From: a virus
DNA length: 64,000 nt
Virus record (IMG/VR): IMGVR_UViG_3300042356_001708
Location: 39,561-103,560 of that record
Reading direction: 5' to 3' (one strand)
Part shown: piece by piece, positions 39,214 to 50,339 of the stretch
Numbering within the stretch: position 1 is the first letter of the stretch
Layout: every line of letters starts with the position of its first letter
Translations under genes and position numbers: made by a program
The notes under the pieces: model-generated
The model's database searches: none
What the model was told of the DNA's origin: nothing
Seen by the model: the letters and a program-made list of their open reading frames with translations, nothing else

Positions 39214-40161
39214 ATGGAAAAAATATTAGTAGAAAACCCGAATAGATTTGTAATCTTCCCAATTCAATATAATGATATTTGGGAATTTTATAAAATGCAC
39301 CAAGCGGCATTTTGGACCGCTGAAGAAATTGATTTAAGTGGTGATATTAGAGATTGGGAAAATTTATCAGAAAACGAACAATACTTCATTAAGAACATTT
39401 TGTCGTTTTTTGCGGCTTCAGATGGAATTGTTAATGAAAATTTAGCTGAGAATTTCTATCGTGAGGTTCAGTACCCTGAAGCAAAATTCTTTTACGGAAT
39501 CCAACTTGCAATGGAAAATATCCATTCATTAATGTATTCTCTTCTTATTGATACTTACGTTTCAAATGAAGAGGAAAAAAATAAATGTTTTACAGCATTG
39601 GATAATCTTCCAGCAGTTCAAAAGAAAGCTAAATGGGCTTTGGATTGGATTGAAAACGCATCGTTCCAAGAAAGATTGGTAGCATTTGCTGCAGTAGAAG
39701 GAATCTTCTTCTCAGGTTCATTCTGTTCAATCTTTTGGTTAAAGTCTCGTGGTATTATGCAAGGTTTATGTAACGCTAACTCTTTAATCTTTAAAGATGA
39801 AAATTTACATTGTGATTTTGCAATTCATTTGTTGAATAATCATATTGAAAACAAACCAAGTGAGAAAAGAATTAAAGAAATTCTATTATCCGCTTTGGAA
39901 ATTGAAAAAGAATTTATCACAGAATCATTACCAGTATCTCTTATTGGAATGAACCAAAATTTAATGAAACAATATTTGGAGTTTGTGGTAGATGGTCTAC
40001 TTGTTAAATTTGGATGTAAGAAACAATTTAATGTTGAACAACCATTTAAATTTATGGAACAAATTGCCGTTGAAACAAAAGGTAATTTCTTTGAGTCTAG
40101 AACTGTTGAATATCAAAAAGCAAAGTTAAATGAGACTCTCTCCTTTACTGATGACTTTTAA
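39214..40161 (+). CDS. nrdB: Class Ia ribonucleotide reductase beta subunit
   Basis: [43 protein letters not shown]. Confidence 0.96.
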   Translation: MEKILVENPNRFVIFPIQYNDIWEFYKMHQAAFWTAEEIDLSGDIRDWENLSENEQYFIKNILSFFAASDGIVNENLAENFYREVQYPEAKFFYGIQLAMENIHSLMYSLLIDTYVSNEEEKNKCFTALDNLPAVQKKAKWALDWIENASFQERLVAFAAVEGIFFSGSFCSIFWLKSRGIMQGLCNANSLIFKDENLHCDFAIHLLNNHIENKPSEKRIKEILLSALEIEKEFITESLPVSLIGMNQNLMKQYLEFVVDGLLVKFGCKKQFNVEQPFKFMEQIAVETKGNFFESRTVEYQKAKLNETLSFTDDF

Positions 40162-40180
40162 TTTACTATCTTTTTAAACT

Positions 40181-42613
40181 ATGATGTCACTAAGAATTAA
40201 AAAACGTAGTGGAGACGATGCGTCGTTCAATCCACAAAAAATTTATCAAAGAATTAAACGAGCTTCAAAAGGATTGAACGTTAATTCTGATGAAATCTTT
40301 ATTAAAGTGATAACCTCAGTTCCGACTGAGGGTCTTATCACTACAAAGGATTTGGATAAGTTAATTTATGAAATTGCTGCGGCTTTTACAGGAAGTCATC
40401 ATGACTATTCTCGTTTGGCTTCATCAGTTGCTATTTCATCTTACCATAAAGAAACTGACCCAAGTTTCTCAAATACGATGAGTATATTACACGTTGACGG
40501 TATTGTGAGTAATGAGTTAATGGAAATTGTTGAGTCTTACGGACCAAGTAAGATTGATGAGATTATCAATCACGATAACGATTATAACTTTGACTATTTT
40601 GCTTGGAGGTCTTTATCTGAAATGTATTTGTTGAAATTACCAAGTGGTAAGGTTGTTGAAAGACCACAACATATGTATATGAGAGTTGCTCTTTGGGTGA
40701 CCAATACATTTGAAGAGGCCGTTGAGTATTACCAAGCGTTATCAAGTCAAAGAATATCACCAGCGACTCCAATTATGATTAATGCGGGTACAAAGGTTCC
40801 ACAACTTGCATCTTGTGTTCTTCATTACAACGATTCAGATTCTCGTGAAGGATTGTTGAATACTATGAGAGACATCTCAACATATTCATCTGATGCTGCG
40901 GGTATTGGATTATCAATGTCAAATATTCGTAGTAAAGAAAGTCGTATTACATCTTCAGGTGGATATGCTGGTGGACTTTTGAAATACTTAAAGATTGTTA
41001 ATGAGTCACTTCGTTTCTTTAACCAACAAGGACGTAGACCTGGTTCAGCTGCCATCTATTTGGAACCTTGGCATAAAGATATCATGGATTTATTGGAGAT
41101 TAAAAAGAACACAGGTGCTGAAGAATTGAGAGCTCGTGATTTATTTACCGCACTTTGGATTCCTGATAACTTCATGAAAGCAGTTAAGGATAATGACGAT
41201 TGGTATTTGTTCTGTCCTAACGATATTGTTAAGGCGGGAATCAAACCATTACAAGAATCTTATGGTACTGAATATGAAGAAAATTATCAGTTAGCGGTTA
41301 ATATGGGTCTTGGTAAAAAGGTTAAAGCTCAAGAAATTTGGAATAAGATTATTGAATCTCAGATTGAAACAGGTGTTCCATATTTGTGTTCTAAAGACAA
41401 TGCTAACAAGAAAACAAATCACCAAAACATTGGTGTCATCAAACAATCAAATCTTTGTAATGAGATTTACCAATACACTGATGAAAAGACAACCGCAATC
41501 TGTACTCTATCATCTATGGTATTAAAGAACTACGTTAAGGACGGGGAGTTTGATTTTAATGGATTGTATGGAGAAACACGTAAAGTCGTTAGAGCATTAA
41601 ACAAAGTTGTTAATATCAATAACTACTCAACTGAGAAAGGACGTAAAGGTGGATTAGAACAAAGAGCAATTGCTATCGGTACCCAAGGATTGGCAGATGT
41701 ATTCTATTTGATGGATTATATTTTCACATCAGAAGAGGCTCGTAAGTTAAATAAAGAAATTTTTGAAACTATCTATTTCGCAGCAATTACTGAAAGTAAT
41801 AGATTGTGTATGGATGGTAAATATGAACCATACGCTCACTTTAACGGGTCACCTATGTCACAAGGAGTATTCCAATTTGATATGTGGGGATTGAAAGAAG
41901 ATGAGTTATCAGGAAGATGGCCTTGGCAAATCTTGAAAGAGAATGTTAGTAAATATGGTGTTTGTAACTCTTTATTTACGGCTCAAATGCCTGTCGCGTC
42001 ATCAGCAAAGATTACAGGTTCATATGAAATGACAGAACCCGCTCACTCAGCAATCTTTAACCGACGTGTTGTTGGTGGTGAGATTATGATTGTTAACAAG
42101 TATTTGATTAATGATTTTGAGAAGATTGGAATTTGGTCTGAAGATTTGAAGAATGAAATTATCATGAACGAAGGTTCAATTCAGAATATTAATTTCCTTA
42201 ATTACTTGGATACTGAAGATAAGAGATATAACTTTAAAGTTAAAAGAATTGAACATTTAATTCAGAAGTATAAAACAATTTGGGAAATTTCACAAAAGGC
42301 ATTGATTGAAATGGCTGCGGATAGAGCACCATTCATTGACCAATCACAATCAATGAACATTTATATGGGTAACCCAACGTTGTCTAAGATTTCTTCATCA
42401 CATTTTTATGGATGGGAAAAAGGATTGAAAACACTTTGTTACTATGTTAGAACAAAGGCAATCTCAACTGGAGCAAAACACTTGGCGGTTGACATTTCAA
42501 AGGTTAACAAACCAAATCCAACTCCTGAACCTCCAAAGGTTGATTACAGTTCAATGAACTTACCTCCAAAACCTGACAATAGTCAATTTGATTGTTTTGG
42601 ATGTTCTTCTTAA
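40181..42613 (+). CDS. nrdA: Class Ia ribonucleotide reductase alpha subunit with N-terminal ATP cone
   Basis: ERPQHMYMRVA, SPATP, LASC, SNLCNEI, KTLCYY, C-terminal CFGC. Confidence 0.97.
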   Translation: MMSLRIKKRSGDDASFNPQKIYQRIKRASKGLNVNSDEIFIKVITSVPTEGLITTKDLDKLIYEIAAAFTGSHHDYSRLASSVAISSYHKETDPSFSNTMSILHVDGIVSNELMEIVESYGPSKIDEIINHDNDYNFDYFAWRSLSEMYLLKLPSGKVVERPQHMYMRVALWVTNTFEEAVEYYQALSSQRISPATPIMINAGTKVPQLASCVLHYNDSDSREGLLNTMRDISTYSSDAAGIGLSMSNIRSKESRITSSGGYAGGLLKYLKIVNESLRFFNQQGRRPGSAAIYLEPWHKDIMDLLEIKKNTGAEELRARDLFTALWIPDNFMKAVKDNDDWYLFCPNDIVKAGIKPLQESYGTEYEENYQLAVNMGLGKKVKAQEIWNKIIESQIETGVPYLCSKDNANKKTNHQNIGVIKQSNLCNEIYQYTDEKTTAICTLSSMVLKNYVKDGEFDFNGLYGETRKVVRALNKVVNINNYSTEKGRKGGLEQRAIAIGTQGLADVFYLMDYIFTSEEARKLNKEIFETIYFAAITESNRLCMDGKYEPYAHFNGSPMSQGVFQFDMWGLKEDELSGRWPWQILKENVSKYGVCNSLFTAQMPVASSAKITGSYEMTEPAHSAIFNRRVVGGEIMIVNKYLINDFEKIGIWSEDLKNEIIMNEGSIQNINFLNYLDTEDKRYNFKVKRIEHLIQKYKTIWEISQKALIEMAADRAPFIDQSQSMNIYMGNPTLSKISSSHFYGWEKGLKTLCYYVRTKAISTGAKHLAVDISKVNKPNPTPEPPKVDYSSMNLPPKPDNSQFDCFGCSS

Positions 42614-42628
42614 CAAATCCGATGTGTT

Positions 42629-42658
42629 ATCCCGAGCTAGGTCGGGATTTTTTATTTT
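42629..42658 (+). terminator. Intrinsic terminator ending the replication block
   Basis: ATCCCGA-GCTAGG-TCGGGAT followed by a T-rich tail. Confidence 0.8.
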
Positions 42659-42699
42659 AACTATTTATCAAATAACAGAGGACTTTATATTTATTTGAT

Positions 42700-43158
42700 A
42701 TGGCAAATGGAAAAACATATGGTATAGATTTTCCTTTCAGAACATCTCAATTTGGTAAATATTTAAGTTTATCTCAAACTGCGGATGATGAAATCAGGAA
42801 TAACTTAGTGCATTTATTGTTGACTAGACGAGGTAGTAGATATTACCTACCTGATTTTGGAAGTAGATTGTATGATTATATTTTTGAGCCAATGGACAGT
42901 CTAACTTTTGATAGTATTGAGGCGGAGATTAGACAATCTTGTGAGAGATATATACCAAACCTTAAAATTTCAAAAATTTCAATTACTGATGCGTCAAATG
43001 ATGATGTTGATTCTGCAACATCTGTTGAGGATTCTGGTGGGAGAACATATAATATGACAGGAATGGGTAATAGAGAATACACCGCAAAAGTTAGAATTGA
43101 TTACGTTATCACCGATAATGTATTTAACTCTAAAGATTTTGTAATTATTAATATATAA
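42700..43158 (+). CDS. Baseplate wedge protein gp25-like
   Basis: GIDFPF, NLVHLLLTRRGSRYYLPDFGSRLYDYIFEP. Confidence 0.9.
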   Translation: MANGKTYGIDFPFRTSQFGKYLSLSQTADDEIRNNLVHLLLTRRGSRYYLPDFGSRLYDYIFEPMDSLTFDSIEAEIRQSCERYIPNLKISKISITDASNDDVDSATSVEDSGGRTYNMTGMGNREYTAKVRIDYVITDNVFNSKDFVIINI

Positions 43159-43162
43159 TATT

Positions 43163-45001
43163 ATGGCTGAAAAAAGAATATCCTATACAGTTAGGGACTT
43201 CCAAGGATTAAGAACTGAACTTGTTAATTATGTTAAAACTTATTATCCTGAATTAATTGATAATTTTAACGATGCTTCCGTGTTCTCTGTGTTTATGGAT
43301 TTAAACGCTGCGGTTGCAGATAACTTACATTATCATATTGATAGAAGTGTTCAAGAAACTGTCCTACAGTTTGCTCAACAACGCTCGTCGGTTTATAATT
43401 TGGCTAGAACTTATGGTTTAAAAATTCCCGGACAAAGACCGTCAGTATCATTAGTTGAATTCTCCATTACAGTTCCTGCGGCTGGTGATAAAGATGATGA
43501 AAGATATGAAGGTATATTAAGGAGAGGTTCTCAGGTTGTTGGCGCGGGACAAGTATTTGAAACCATTTATGATATTGATTTTACATCACCATATAATGCT
43601 CAAGGGTTTCCGAATAGGTTAAAAATTCCAAATTTTGATTCAAGAGGGAATCTTATTAACTATACAATTACTAAAAGAGAATTAGTTGTAAATGGTGTTA
43701 CAAAAGTATTTAAACAAGTAATAACCCCAAATGATGTTAGACCATTCTATGAAATTTTCTTACCTGGTAAAAATGTTTTAGGTATTACAAGTATCATCCA
43801 AAAAGATGGAACAAGTTATGCTAATGTCCCAAGTCCTCAAGAGTTCTTAGGTACTAATGGTAGATGGTATGAGGTTGATGCGTTGGCACAAGATAGGGTT
43901 TTTATTGAAGACTCAACTAAACCATCAGACAAGCCTGGTGTTAAAATTGGTAAGTGGATACAAACCAATAACCGATTTATCAGTGAGTTTACTCCTGAAG
44001 GATTTATGAAGTTAACATTTGGTGGTGGAACGGGTTCAGCTGAAGACCAACTTAGAGAATTTACAAATTCAGGTAACTTACCTACAATTCAAAATTTTTT
44101 AAATAACTTTTCATTAGGGTCAACCTTAAAGGCGAATACCACTTTGTTTATACAATATCGTTCAGGTGGTGGAGTTGGAAGTAATTTAGGTGTGAATACG
44201 ATTAATCAAATTGGAACTGTAATATTTGTTGTAAACGGACCTTCCGAAACTACAAATACTGCGGTTGTTAATTCATTGAGATGTAATAACGTAACTGCGG
44301 CTATTGGTGGGGCAGGACAACCAACGTTAGAAGAAGTTAGAAACTATGTGGCATTTAACTTTGCAAGCCAAAACAGAGCGGTAACTGTGAATGACTACGA
44401 AGCTTTAATTAGAAAGATGCCAAGTCAGTTTGGTGCACCTGCTAAAGTTGCGGTAATGGAAGAAGAGAATAAAATTAAAGTTAAGATTCTTTCATACGAT
44501 ACTAATGGGGCGTTAACTAATACGGTATCAAATGCGTTATTAGATAACTTAGCAACTTATTTATCAAACTATAGAATGATTAATGATTATATCGCAATTG
44601 AAACTGCGGATGTTGTTGACCTAAGTATTGACCTATATGTTGTATTAGAGTCAACTCAAAATCAGGGTAATATTATTACATCAATAATTGACAAGGTGTC
44701 AAGTTATTTCAATCCATCAAATAGAGAACTTGGTCAGAACGTTAACATATCTGAGATTAATAGAATTTTACAATCCGAAAATGGTGTAATTTCAGTAACT
44801 CAAATTGATATTTTTAACGAGGTTGGAGGTGAGTATTCGTCATCTCAAACATCAATGGCTTACTCAAATACAATAACTAGACAGATTGAACCTCAGGAAG
44901 GGACAATATTCGCATTGCCTAATCAAATATATCAAATTAGGTTCCCGACAAAGGACATTAGAGTGAGAGTTAAAAACTTCCAATCAGTTACACTTTCTTA
45001 A
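43163..45001 (+). CDS. Baseplate wedge protein gp6/P2 gpJ-like
   Basis: YTVRDF, AQQRSSVYNLARTYG, LTFGGG, YRSGGGVGSN, SQNRAVTVNDY. Confidence 0.9.
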   Translation: MAEKRISYTVRDFQGLRTELVNYVKTYYPELIDNFNDASVFSVFMDLNAAVADNLHYHIDRSVQETVLQFAQQRSSVYNLARTYGLKIPGQRPSVSLVEFSITVPAAGDKDDERYEGILRRGSQVVGAGQVFETIYDIDFTSPYNAQGFPNRLKIPNFDSRGNLINYTITKRELVVNGVTKVFKQVITPNDVRPFYEIFLPGKNVLGITSIIQKDGTSYANVPSPQEFLGTNGRWYEVDALAQDRVFIEDSTKPSDKPGVKIGKWIQTNNRFISEFTPEGFMKLTFGGGTGSAEDQLREFTNSGNLPTIQNFLNNFSLGSTLKANTTLFIQYRSGGGVGSNLGVNTINQIGTVIFVVNGPSETTNTAVVNSLRCNNVTAAIGGAGQPTLEEVRNYVAFNFASQNRAVTVNDYEALIRKMPSQFGAPAKVAVMEEENKIKVKILSYDTNGALTNTVSNALLDNLATYLSNYRMINDYIAIETADVVDLSIDLYVVLESTQNQGNIITSIIDKVSSYFNPSNRELGQNVNISEINRILQSENGVISVTQIDIFNEVGGEYSSSQTSMAYSNTITRQIEPQEGTIFALPNQIYQIRFPTKDIRVRVKNFQSVTLS

Positions 45002-45083
45002 TTTATTTTATTTATTTAGGACTTATAATTTAATTGATTGTGTTTATAAAATGCAGTCATAACTATTTATGAAATAAAGTCCG

Positions 45084-48000
45084 ATGAGTAAAATTTATAG
45101 GATAAAAACAACTCCTGGAATTGACCAAAATTTAACAGTAAACATAAACCAAGATTTTGAAGAGATTGAATTACTATCTCTTAAAATAAGACAAGAAGAT
45201 GTTTACCCAATCGGATGTGCCAATTATGGAGTCATTGCGGGAAGAGTATTTGTGAACGGGGGATATGGACTACCAAAGGCTAAAGTATCTGTATTTATAC
45301 CTCTTAGACCTGAAGATGAAGATAATCCTGTCTTAACTTCATACTATCCTTATAGAACTCTTGAGGATGTTAATGAAGATGGGTATAAATATAATTTGCT
45401 ACCATACGTAGCTTCTTATAGTGGACACTCACCGACAGGGACATTCCCAACAAGAGAAGATGTATTAAAAGACCCAGTTGCTTCGGAACTTTTTGAAAAG
45501 TATTACAAATATACTGTAACGACAAATGAAAGTGGAGACTATATGATTTATGGAGTCCCACTTGGGACTCACACGATAGTTTTAAATGTTGACTTATCTG
45601 ATATTGGGGAGTTCTCAATGACTCCTCAAGATTTAATTAGAATTGGAAGAGGAACTGAGAATCAATTTAATGGTAGTTTCTTTAGGTCTTCAAATAACTT
45701 TAATGAACTTCCGCAGATTGTTTACGAAACTAAGATAGTACAGGTTAATGCATTTTGGGGTCAAGATGATACCTGTCAAGTAGGAATTACTCGGGCAGAT
45801 TTTGATTTGAGTAGTGGGCAAAATAATATTACCATACAACCAACTGCGGTATTTATGGGTTCTATATTTTCTTCTGAAACCACTAAAAAAGTTAAAAGAA
45901 GATGTAAAGTTAAATCTAAATTAGGTCAATTATGTCAATTAACTACAGGACCTGGACAGATTATTGCTATTAGACAAACTATAGATATTGATGATGATGG
46001 GTATCCTGTCTTAGAAAAATATGATTTACCACAAAACGGTAAATTGATAGATGCTGACGGGACTTGGGTAATTGAAGTCCCTATGAACTTGGACTATGTT
46101 TACACTAATGAAAATGGTGAAAGAGTATTAAGTGATGACCCTAAATTAGGAATTCCTACAAATGGTAAATATAGATTTAAAATTAAATGGCAACAACCTG
46201 CGGGACTTACTGAAGAAAACAGAAGAGGGTATTTCTTAGTTCCAAACATTAAAGAACACGGATGGACAAACAGTGGGGAAGACCCTCTATTACAGGATAC
46301 TGAAACTTTTACTATTCAAACTAATGACCCAGTTATTAATATAGTCGGACAATCAGGTTATGTGTATCGTGTTAAGTCAAAAACAAATGTAACTGATTTT
46401 GTTGTTGAATTAGACGGTAACCCATACGTGGGTAACAAAAATGACATTTTATTAAATTCAAATGATATTATTTCTATAACTCCCACATATGAGGATGATG
46501 AAGCAACATCTACTTGGGTGTTTGAAAAAATACCTTTGGTAAAATATAGATTAGAAAGGTCATATGCATTTAGTTTAAGTTGGTATGATTACAATGACCC
46601 TCAGGAGGCTATTGATTGTATAGACACGTTTTATTTTATGAAATATAATAAAGTATATACTGTGTCACAATTATTAGATAGATATACGTCAAGAAGATTT
46701 ACTTGGAATACTTTACAGATAAAAAATATAAACACAGATGATTGTGATGAATCAACTAATAAATTACCTGTTAATGATGTTCAGTATAGATTTGTTCCAA
46801 TATTCATATTACTAAGTTTCTTTTTAACTCTTATGAAATTTTTGCTTAGGGCAATTATCATTCCTATGCATTTATTAGCGTTCTTATGGCCTGTAATCTT
46901 CTTGATTATGCAACTTGTGTGGGTTATACAAATGTTAATACACGGAATATGTAAGGCGTTAAATAAAATTAGAGGATGGTTAGGTAAAGCAAAAAAAGAA
47001 TGTGGTGAAAAACCAAAAAGAACAAAATATGCGGATAACTGGTTTAGAAATGTAAAACTACCTCTTTTATTATACACTGAAGATGGGTGTGAAAGATGTG
47101 ATTGTAAAGATTCTGAAATTGACCTTAGCGGTAATGAAACTGCCGATGGGTTACAACAAAACGCAACAGACGCTAGAACAGGAACAATAAATAGTAGCCC
47201 ACTTGCGGATTTTAATAGTGCAGATGCGTATACTGTAGGAGATTTCCAACAGGATTTTCCGTATCTATGGGAAGGACCAAATACGACTACGATTTATGAA
47301 GACACTCCTAATGATGCTAATGGACCTGAATATCTTGATGTTTTGTTCACAAATTCATTAACAATTGCTGAAAGATTAAATACTTTTAATTTAAAGGATA
47401 AATATTTTGATACTACAACTATTAACGGTGGTGTTGGTAGAAATCAAGTTAAGAGAACTGTAACAGGTAATGGTAATATCTACCATTATGATAATACAAT
47501 GGTCTTGGTTGTTGATGGTTCGGAATTAAGTAATTTTATTTCAGGACAACTAATTTCATTCAGCGACCCAACTTTATCTACCGACCCAAATCTTACAGGT
47601 GCGACTGTTAATACTGGAGGAACTAACTCAATAACAGGAACCCCGATTTCAAACGGGGCGCAATGGACGGTTAATTATGCTTCACCATCAAACCCAACTG
47701 TGAGTAATTCAGTTACTTATACGATTAACTATAGTGGAGAATCAAAGGATTACTTAACTTTCCCTACTGATATGGAATATTTTCAGGTATTGACTGGATT
47801 AACGTTAGGTACATTTTCCGCTTTAACTGAGAATCATACAAATATCAACAGTAATTTCTTAAATAGGTCTAATAAAACTGACTTCTTAAACAGGTATTTG
47901 AATAATCAAATGAGAGTTTATGATATTGTTGGGGATTATTTAGGTTCTAATGTTCAAAACCCATGTAAAGATGCTTTATGGAGAAGTATTGGTTTGGCTC

Positions 48001-50339
48001 CAAACCCTGGATTTGACGCTTCCTCATCTTCAAACATTCAGACTCCTTTATTCTACTATGACGGAGCCCAAAGTTTAGGTATTATTATACTACAAAGAGG
48101 TGTTGACCCGCACTCACCAAAAGTACAACAAGAAATTGACTTATCAAGAATATTTGGATGGGCAAACTATGGGCAGGCAGGTTTGACAATAACAGGGGAG
48201 TTTAATTTAAATATACCAATACAGTCATCGTCAAGTTCATTAAAATTGCCAAGACATAATCAGTTTACTACAAATAATGCGACTGACTTTGGTAGTAGTA
48301 TCTTCTTTCAAGGAACATTTGATGTTCAGGGAACATTCTCTTCTTACACAAGTAATTTATTACGGTATTACTCAAGATTAGGGGAGAACGGAAATTCAAC
48401 AACCGCATCTGTTCCATCCTCAAACTATTTAACAAAGGTCCAAACGGATAGCAATGCGGTTGCTAGTACGACTTCTTGCGGATGTGATACTTTTTACAAT
48501 TTAAAACTTGGTTGGTGGTTTACTCAAGGAAATAATTCTCAATATGGTTATAGTGTTGGGGAGTATGTTGAAGGGGGAAGTTACGCTGATTTGGGAATGT
48601 CAAACTCTATATCTACTTTTTGTGGAGAATCGGTACCAAATGAAGTTTCGGCGTACGCATCATATATTTCAAATATATACCCTTCAAGTACCACAGTTCA
48701 AATGGTTAATCCAAGTAAACTAGTAATGAGGACTGACAGATTACCATCTTCCACGCAAATTCCTTCAGGTGATACTACAGGAAACGGAATTTTATTAATG
48801 CATCAGAATCCTTCATTTACAATTTATTTATTAGATGAATCTGGTTCAGCTCAAGCTTTAGGAAGTGCTCCTGAAGTGTATACCTTCACTGAAATAGAAA
48901 CTGAGGATATACCATCACAATATATGAATGTGATTGAGTCACTTTCGGATTGTTCTAAAGCGGTTCCATTGGAATGTTATGTTGTTAATCCCGATAATAC
49001 AGTATCTATTAAACCTTGTGATGAAAGTAACGGAACTTGTTGTGGTAAAAATTATAATACAGGTGGATTTAGGTCTTGGTTTAATTATGGGTTTGGATGT
49101 TATAATTTAGTGTCATTCCCAATTATTTCCATTGTAAAAGATTTCAATTTAATAATTGAATTTATACAAAGATTAAAATTAAATATGGCGTTATGTTTTG
49201 ATGTGTTTTCACACACATTTGGAAATGCTTGGATAAACGGGACATTATATGCTTTCCCATTCCAAATGAATACATTTTTTGACACTCAAAACAAACCTAA
49301 CTACAATTATTGTAAAGAATTAATGTATTTTCATGACCCGACTAATAATTTTTATTATAGAAGTTCACCATATAATGATAATAATAATAAATTTATTGGT
49401 AGAGATGCAAATGAAAGAGCAAATGATAACGGAAATGAAAAACAATTAGGATTTCCAACAACTATGATGGACTTGGGACCAAAAGTTCCTTACTTACAGG
49501 AAATAGTTTTCAGTGATGATTATGATGGATATATTGTTGATAAATTAGATTCAACATCATTCAAAAATGTTTCTGACATATTGAATGTTATGATTTTAAG
49601 TAGATTTGTTAATGAGAATTTTCTCAGTCTATTTTTACCTGGTCTTGGTAGTGGTTCTGACCCATCAGTTGCGGGATTCTTTAGAAATAAAAGATGGAAC
49701 CCAAGTGGAAATATATTATTCCCTGGAACTATTGATGGGGATTACTCACAAATGGCGTCAGTTAATTCTGAATTTGGAATTGCTGAATTCTCACCTGAGG
49801 GATATGATATTAATACGTCATTTAAAGTTATGAGAGATAACTCTAATTATGCTTATTTTGAAATATTCTTTTCAGGTAATAATCAAGATAGAGATTACAT
49901 CACACCAAGAAGAAAAATATGGAATGAGAATGCGTCCACGGCTCCTCTACCATCTGATTTTGGATACATAAGTACATTTTCACAAGAAGTTCCATTCTAT
50001 GAATGGGAATTTAAAACTACTAACTCAGGAACTATTTTCGGTAATCAGAATAACAATTGGGATACAAATGAAAGTGGATTTTTTAAATACAAATATCAAT
50101 CAATTGATAGAATTTCACCGGCGTCCCATTCGGTAATTGTTGGGTCAAGTAATTCAAAATATTGGAAAGGGTTTATTTATAATGTAGATAGTAATGGAAA
50201 TGCGACTGACTCAATACCAAGCGGGTTCCAAGATAAAAGACAGGTTAATAATCCATTTTTCTTTTATTTTGGATTAAAGAAAGGGGCTAGTGCGTATGAC
50301 AAATTTAAAACTAAATATATAAATGAAACTGATTTATAA
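45084..50339 (+). CDS. Giant Cys-rich structural protein with an N-terminal prealbumin-like fold and an internal hydrophobic segment
   Basis: YGVIAGRV...AKVSVF...TTNESGDYMIYGVPLG. Located in the baseplate cluster with TATTTAT upstream. Confidence 0.55.
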   Translation: MSKIYRIKTTPGIDQNLTVNINQDFEEIELLSLKIRQEDVYPIGCANYGVIAGRVFVNGGYGLPKAKVSVFIPLRPEDEDNPVLTSYYPYRTLEDVNEDGYKYNLLPYVASYSGHSPTGTFPTREDVLKDPVASELFEKYYKYTVTTNESGDYMIYGVPLGTHTIVLNVDLSDIGEFSMTPQDLIRIGRGTENQFNGSFFRSSNNFNELPQIVYETKIVQVNAFWGQDDTCQVGITRADFDLSSGQNNITIQPTAVFMGSIFSSETTKKVKRRCKVKSKLGQLCQLTTGPGQIIAIRQTIDIDDDGYPVLEKYDLPQNGKLIDADGTWVIEVPMNLDYVYTNENGERVLSDDPKLGIPTNGKYRFKIKWQQPAGLTEENRRGYFLVPNIKEHGWTNSGEDPLLQDTETFTIQTNDPVINIVGQSGYVYRVKSKTNVTDFVVELDGNPYVGNKNDILLNSNDIISITPTYEDDEATSTWVFEKIPLVKYRLERSYAFSLSWYDYNDPQEAIDCIDTFYFMKYNKVYTVSQLLDRYTSRRFTWNTLQIKNINTDDCDESTNKLPVNDVQYRFVPIFILLSFFLTLMKFLLRAIIIPMHLLAFLWPVIFLIMQLVWVIQMLIHGICKALNKIRGWLGKAKKECGEKPKRTKYADNWFRNVKLPLLLYTEDGCERCDCKDSEIDLSGNETADGLQQNATDARTGTINSSPLADFNSADAYTVGDFQQDFPYLWEGPNTTTIYEDTPNDANGPEYLDVLFTNSLTIAERLNTFNLKDKYFDTTTINGGVGRNQVKRTVTGNGNIYHYDNTMVLVVDGSELSNFISGQLISFSDPTLSTDPNLTGATVNTGGTNSITGTPISNGAQWTVNYASPSNPTVSNSVTYTINYSGESKDYLTFPTDMEYFQVLTGLTLGTFSALTENHTNINSNFLNRSNKTDFLNRYLNNQMRVYDIVGDYLGSNVQNPCKDALWRSIGLAPNPGFDASSSSNIQTPLFYYDGAQSLGIIILQRGVDPHSPKVQQEIDLSRIFGWANYGQAGLTITGEFNLNIPIQSSSSSLKLPRHNQFTTNNATDFGSSIFFQGTFDVQGTFSSYTSNLLRYYSRLGENGNSTTASVPSSNYLTKVQTDSNAVASTTSCGCDTFYNLKLGWWFTQGNNSQYGYSVGEYVEGGSYADLGMSNSISTFCGESVPNEVSAYASYISNIYPSSTTVQMVNPSKLVMRTDRLPSSTQIPSGDTTGNGILLMHQNPSFTIYLLDESGSAQALGSAPEVYTFTEIETEDIPSQYMNVIESLSDCSKAVPLECYVVNPDNTVSIKPCDESNGTCCGKNYNTGGFRSWFNYGFGCYNLVSFPIISIVKDFNLIIEFIQRLKLNMALCFDVFSHTFGNAWINGTLYAFPFQMNTFFDTQNKPNYNYCKELMYFHDPTNNFYYRSSPYNDNNNKFIGRDANERANDNGNEKQLGFPTTMMDLGPKVPYLQEIVFSDDYDGYIVDKLDSTSFKNVSDILNVMILSRFVNENFLSLFLPGLGSGSDPSVAGFFRNKRWNPSGNILFPGTIDGDYSQMASVNSEFGIAEFSPEGYDINTSFKVMRDNSNYAYFEIFFSGNNQDRDYITPRRKIWNENASTAPLPSDFGYISTFSQEVPFYEWEFKTTNSGTIFGNQNNNWDTNESGFFKYKYQSIDRISPASHSVIVGSSNSKYWKGFIYNVDSNGNATDSIPSGFQDKRQVNNPFFFYFGLKKGASAYDKFKTKYINETDL

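Noticed and set aside
3941-42613. Eukaryotic giant-virus origin suggested by PolB, SNF2, RNR and GTs
   Set aside because: Contractile tail genes, operons with coupled stops and starts, and bacterial promoters and terminators.
3941-42613. Inteins or introns in polB, dnaB, recA or nrdAB
   Set aside because: Lengths are normal, motifs are contiguous and no splice-junction or homing-endonuclease motifs were seen.
13545-45001. Bacterial extracellular contractile injection system or tailocin
   Set aside because: Interleaved with PolB, gp32-like SSB, UvsX, helicase, RNR and neck genes; no host housekeeping context. A lytic phage fits better.
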